Below, piece by piece: positions 62,348 through 64,000 of a stretch of 64,000 bases of DNA. The stretch lies in assembly GCA_964582405.1 (NCBI GenBank), contig CAZOSN010000005.1, positions 2,382 to 66,381 on the forward strand. The letters run 5' to 3'. Every line of letters begins with the position of its first letter. Position 1 is the first letter of the stretch. Under the pieces are notes generated by a model. The model searched no databases. It was given only the letters and a program-made list of their open reading frames with translations, and was not told where the DNA came from. This DNA is from an uncultured Oligoflexales bacterium (GTDB taxonomy: Bacteria > Bdellovibrionota_B > Oligoflexia > Oligoflexales > Oligoflexaceae). The translations under genes were made by a program, and so were the position numbers.

Positions 62348-63889
62348 TCAGGTTCGCGAAAAATCGAACTTTCGGCAGTGCCACCCCAGGGCGCCCCCTA
62401 GTAGCAAGATGCGTGCGCCGAGCAACGTAGCATCGTTGATCACCTTGCCGCCAATGAGAGACGCCATAAGCTCGGCATCGCCGCCCGTGGCATAACAACT
62501 TGCTTTTAAAATGCCATACCGAAGGCGGTAGCTCTCGATTAAAGCGACAAAACTCTGGCAAATGCCGATCAGAATTGCCTGCCGTGTGTTGCCACCAACG
62601 GGGGCCTTTTGCGCAAAAAATGCGCGAATCGATTCAACATCTTGCGGCGATAACTTTGGCAGCAGGGATGCATGCTCTCCCAAACTTGATAACTGCAAAC
62701 CTAGACCGGGAAGAATAACTCCCCCTAGGTGCCTTCTATGAGAATCAATGACGTCTATGGTGAGAGCCGTTCCAAAGCTTGCAGCAAGGATTGCGCCATG
62801 TTTTTGTTGGCTGAGGCAGGCTTCCATCAAGGCAAGGCGATCGATGCCAATCTCACCTCGGTCGTAGGACTCGTCCCTGAGGCGAACGGTTCGTTTCCGA
62901 ACAGTTTCAAGTCTGAAGCCATAGGCTTTGGCCGCCTCCTGAGCCTTGGCTAGCCCCTGGGGATTCACACTGATTCCGAACACGGGGCCTTCAAAATGCG
63001 CACGAAGGGAGGCAAAAATTCGATTTAATGCTTGGTGATCCCGCCAGTCAGCTTGCCAAAGATGGAGCGGAACCTGGCTGCTTCTTGCCCCTGCAAAATA
63101 TGCTAGTTTGAACGTGGTGTTTCCACAATCAAAGAGCGCAAGATCAGCTTTAGAGCCATCTAAGTATAACCAACGCCACTCATGGTCGGTCGAGGTTACG
63201 GTTTGTGTAAAATTTTTGCGGCTAAGTCTGAGCGCACCATTGGTCTCAAGAGCCTCGGCATACCATAACGTACCATCGGATCTCTCCCAGGGCTGATTCA
63301 GTGCAATCGCATAATCCTCAAAACGAGCCAGGAGAGTTTCCAGCTTCGCGACCTGCCATTTTGCGAGCAAATAATCTGCCAGTTCGTGGCCAATGCTACT
63401 AGCGTCTTCGGCTAAGGGGCGACTGAGTATCTCGCAAACTGAAGTGGCAGGATAGGCTGTGGATCCTGCCGCAGGAACTTGGGTCAAGTTAATGCCAATT
63501 CCCACAATGATTTGCTCGAGTTGATTGCCGGATAGGCTCGCCTCGCATAAAATTCCAGCAAATTTTCGCCCGGCAAAAACCAAATCGTTTGGCCATTTGA
63601 GCGTTGCTCGAAACCCAAATTTGTCGCGCAGGTAGTCGCAGACCAAAATCCCAAACGCGATCGGGAGTTGGCCCATCGATGCGGAATTAACGTGGTCCCC
63701 ATTGAGCGCAAGGCTAAGATAAATGTTGCCAGCTGGACTGAACCAGCTGCGTTGATGGGATCCACGACCTTCAGTCTGCTGGTCGCAAATCACAGCAAAC
63801 GGGGCGTAAAACCCCTGGCTCATTAGCTTCTTGACTTTGTCCGAAGTCGATGGCAGGAGGCGATATCGGAAGATCATGCCCGACTCCAA
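62348..63889 (-). CDS. fusion of biotin--protein ligase (BirA catalytic domain, no HTH) and type III pantothenate kinase (CoaX/Baf)
   Basis: N-terminal half carries QTEGRGSHQRSWFSPAGNIYLSL (the BPL GRGRxGRxWxSP motif) and KWPNDL. C-terminal half carries LALFDCGNTTFKLA (DxGNT), GIDRL, FGTALTIDV and ATGGDA. Confidence 0.8.
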   Translation of the reverse strand: MESGMIFRYRLLPSTSDKVKKLMSQGFYAPFAVICDQQTEGRGSHQRSWFSPAGNIYLSLALNGDHVNSASMGQLPIAFGILVCDYLRDKFGFRATLKWPNDLVFAGRKFAGILCEASLSGNQLEQIIVGIGINLTQVPAAGSTAYPATSVCEILSRPLAEDASSIGHELADYLLAKWQVAKLETLLARFEDYAIALNQPWERSDGTLWYAEALETNGALRLSRKNFTQTVTSTDHEWRWLYLDGSKADLALFDCGNTTFKLAYFAGARSSQVPLHLWQADWRDHQALNRIFASLRAHFEGPVFGISVNPQGLAKAQEAAKAYGFRLETVRKRTVRLRDESYDRGEIGIDRLALMEACLSQQKHGAILAASFGTALTIDVIDSHRRHLGGVILPGLGLQLSSLGEHASLLPKLSPQDVESIRAFFAQKAPVGGNTRQAILIGICQSFVALIESYRLRYGILKASCYATGGDAELMASLIGGKVINDATLLGARILLLGGALGWHCRKFDFSRT

Positions 63890-64000
63890 GACGGCTATTT
63901 GTCAAAGAGAAGACTGAGGTCGGACCATTTTGCTTGGGTTATGATGGCTGATGTTGAGACGAAATCGACCCCCGTGGCCGCGACTGAAGTGAGATTTTCG

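Noticed and set aside
1-64000. Prophage, integrative element or classical defence island (integrase, transposase, restriction-modification, toxin-antitoxin, Cas)
   Set aside because: I recognised no integrase, transposase, recombinase, restriction or methylase motif or phage structural gene. The only mobility signatures are the non-autonomous repeats reported above.

Overview
This is a 64-kb chromosomal segment from a diderm (Gram-negative) bacterium, judged from TolC-like, AmpG-like and lipobox-bearing genes. I can support about 46 protein-coding genes on both strands. I found no rRNA, tRNA, CRISPR array, integrase or transposase by eye.

Recognisable gene content:
- Two SAM methyltransferases next to a polytopic membrane protein.
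- An AapJQM-type amino-acid ABC importer with no ATPase gene.
- A LivJ-like binding protein followed by a transmembrane CheA-like HPt kinase.
- A DnaQ-like exonuclease.
- An acyl-CoA carboxylase cluster in the order beta subunit, AtuA-family gene, alpha subunit.
- A secreted HExxH protease, a YceI-like protein and a CXXCH lipoprotein.
- fadD, a leaderless BtuF-like protein, ampG, glyQ and glyS.
- A further methyltransferase, a protein with three zinc-ribbon-like repeats, type III glutamine synthetase and an Hsp20.
- An operon encoding TolC, HlyD, an ABC-2 permease and an LRR lipoprotein.
- An 807-aa membrane protein and a metallophosphoesterase.
- Two SNF2-family ATPases, a ClC channel, a rhomboid protease, thiI, an alpha/beta hydrolase and a BirA-CoaX fusion.

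The non-coding DNA is unusually structured:
- A 188-bp near-perfect palindromic MITE-like element, with a truncated second copy 33 kb away.
- A REP/BIME-like pair of compensatory hairpins flanked by 12-bp direct repeats at the glutamine synthetase stop codon.
- Four perfect intergenic tandem arrays with units of 8, 10, 11 and 13 bp.
- Two long inverted repeats.

My best candidate for an undescribed system is the operon at 44151..49491. It encodes a 1293-aa SNF2 ATPase whose first ~780 aa I cannot assign, followed 10 nt later by a 482-aa orphan protein. Repeat structures lie on both sides, and a phased ATTCCGC array plus a 29-bp inverted repeat sit upstream. Secondary candidates are the ATPase-less efflux operon ending in an LRR lipoprotein and the binding-protein plus HPt-kinase pair.

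All functional calls rest on motifs read from the supplied translations and on recalled family knowledge. No searches were run.
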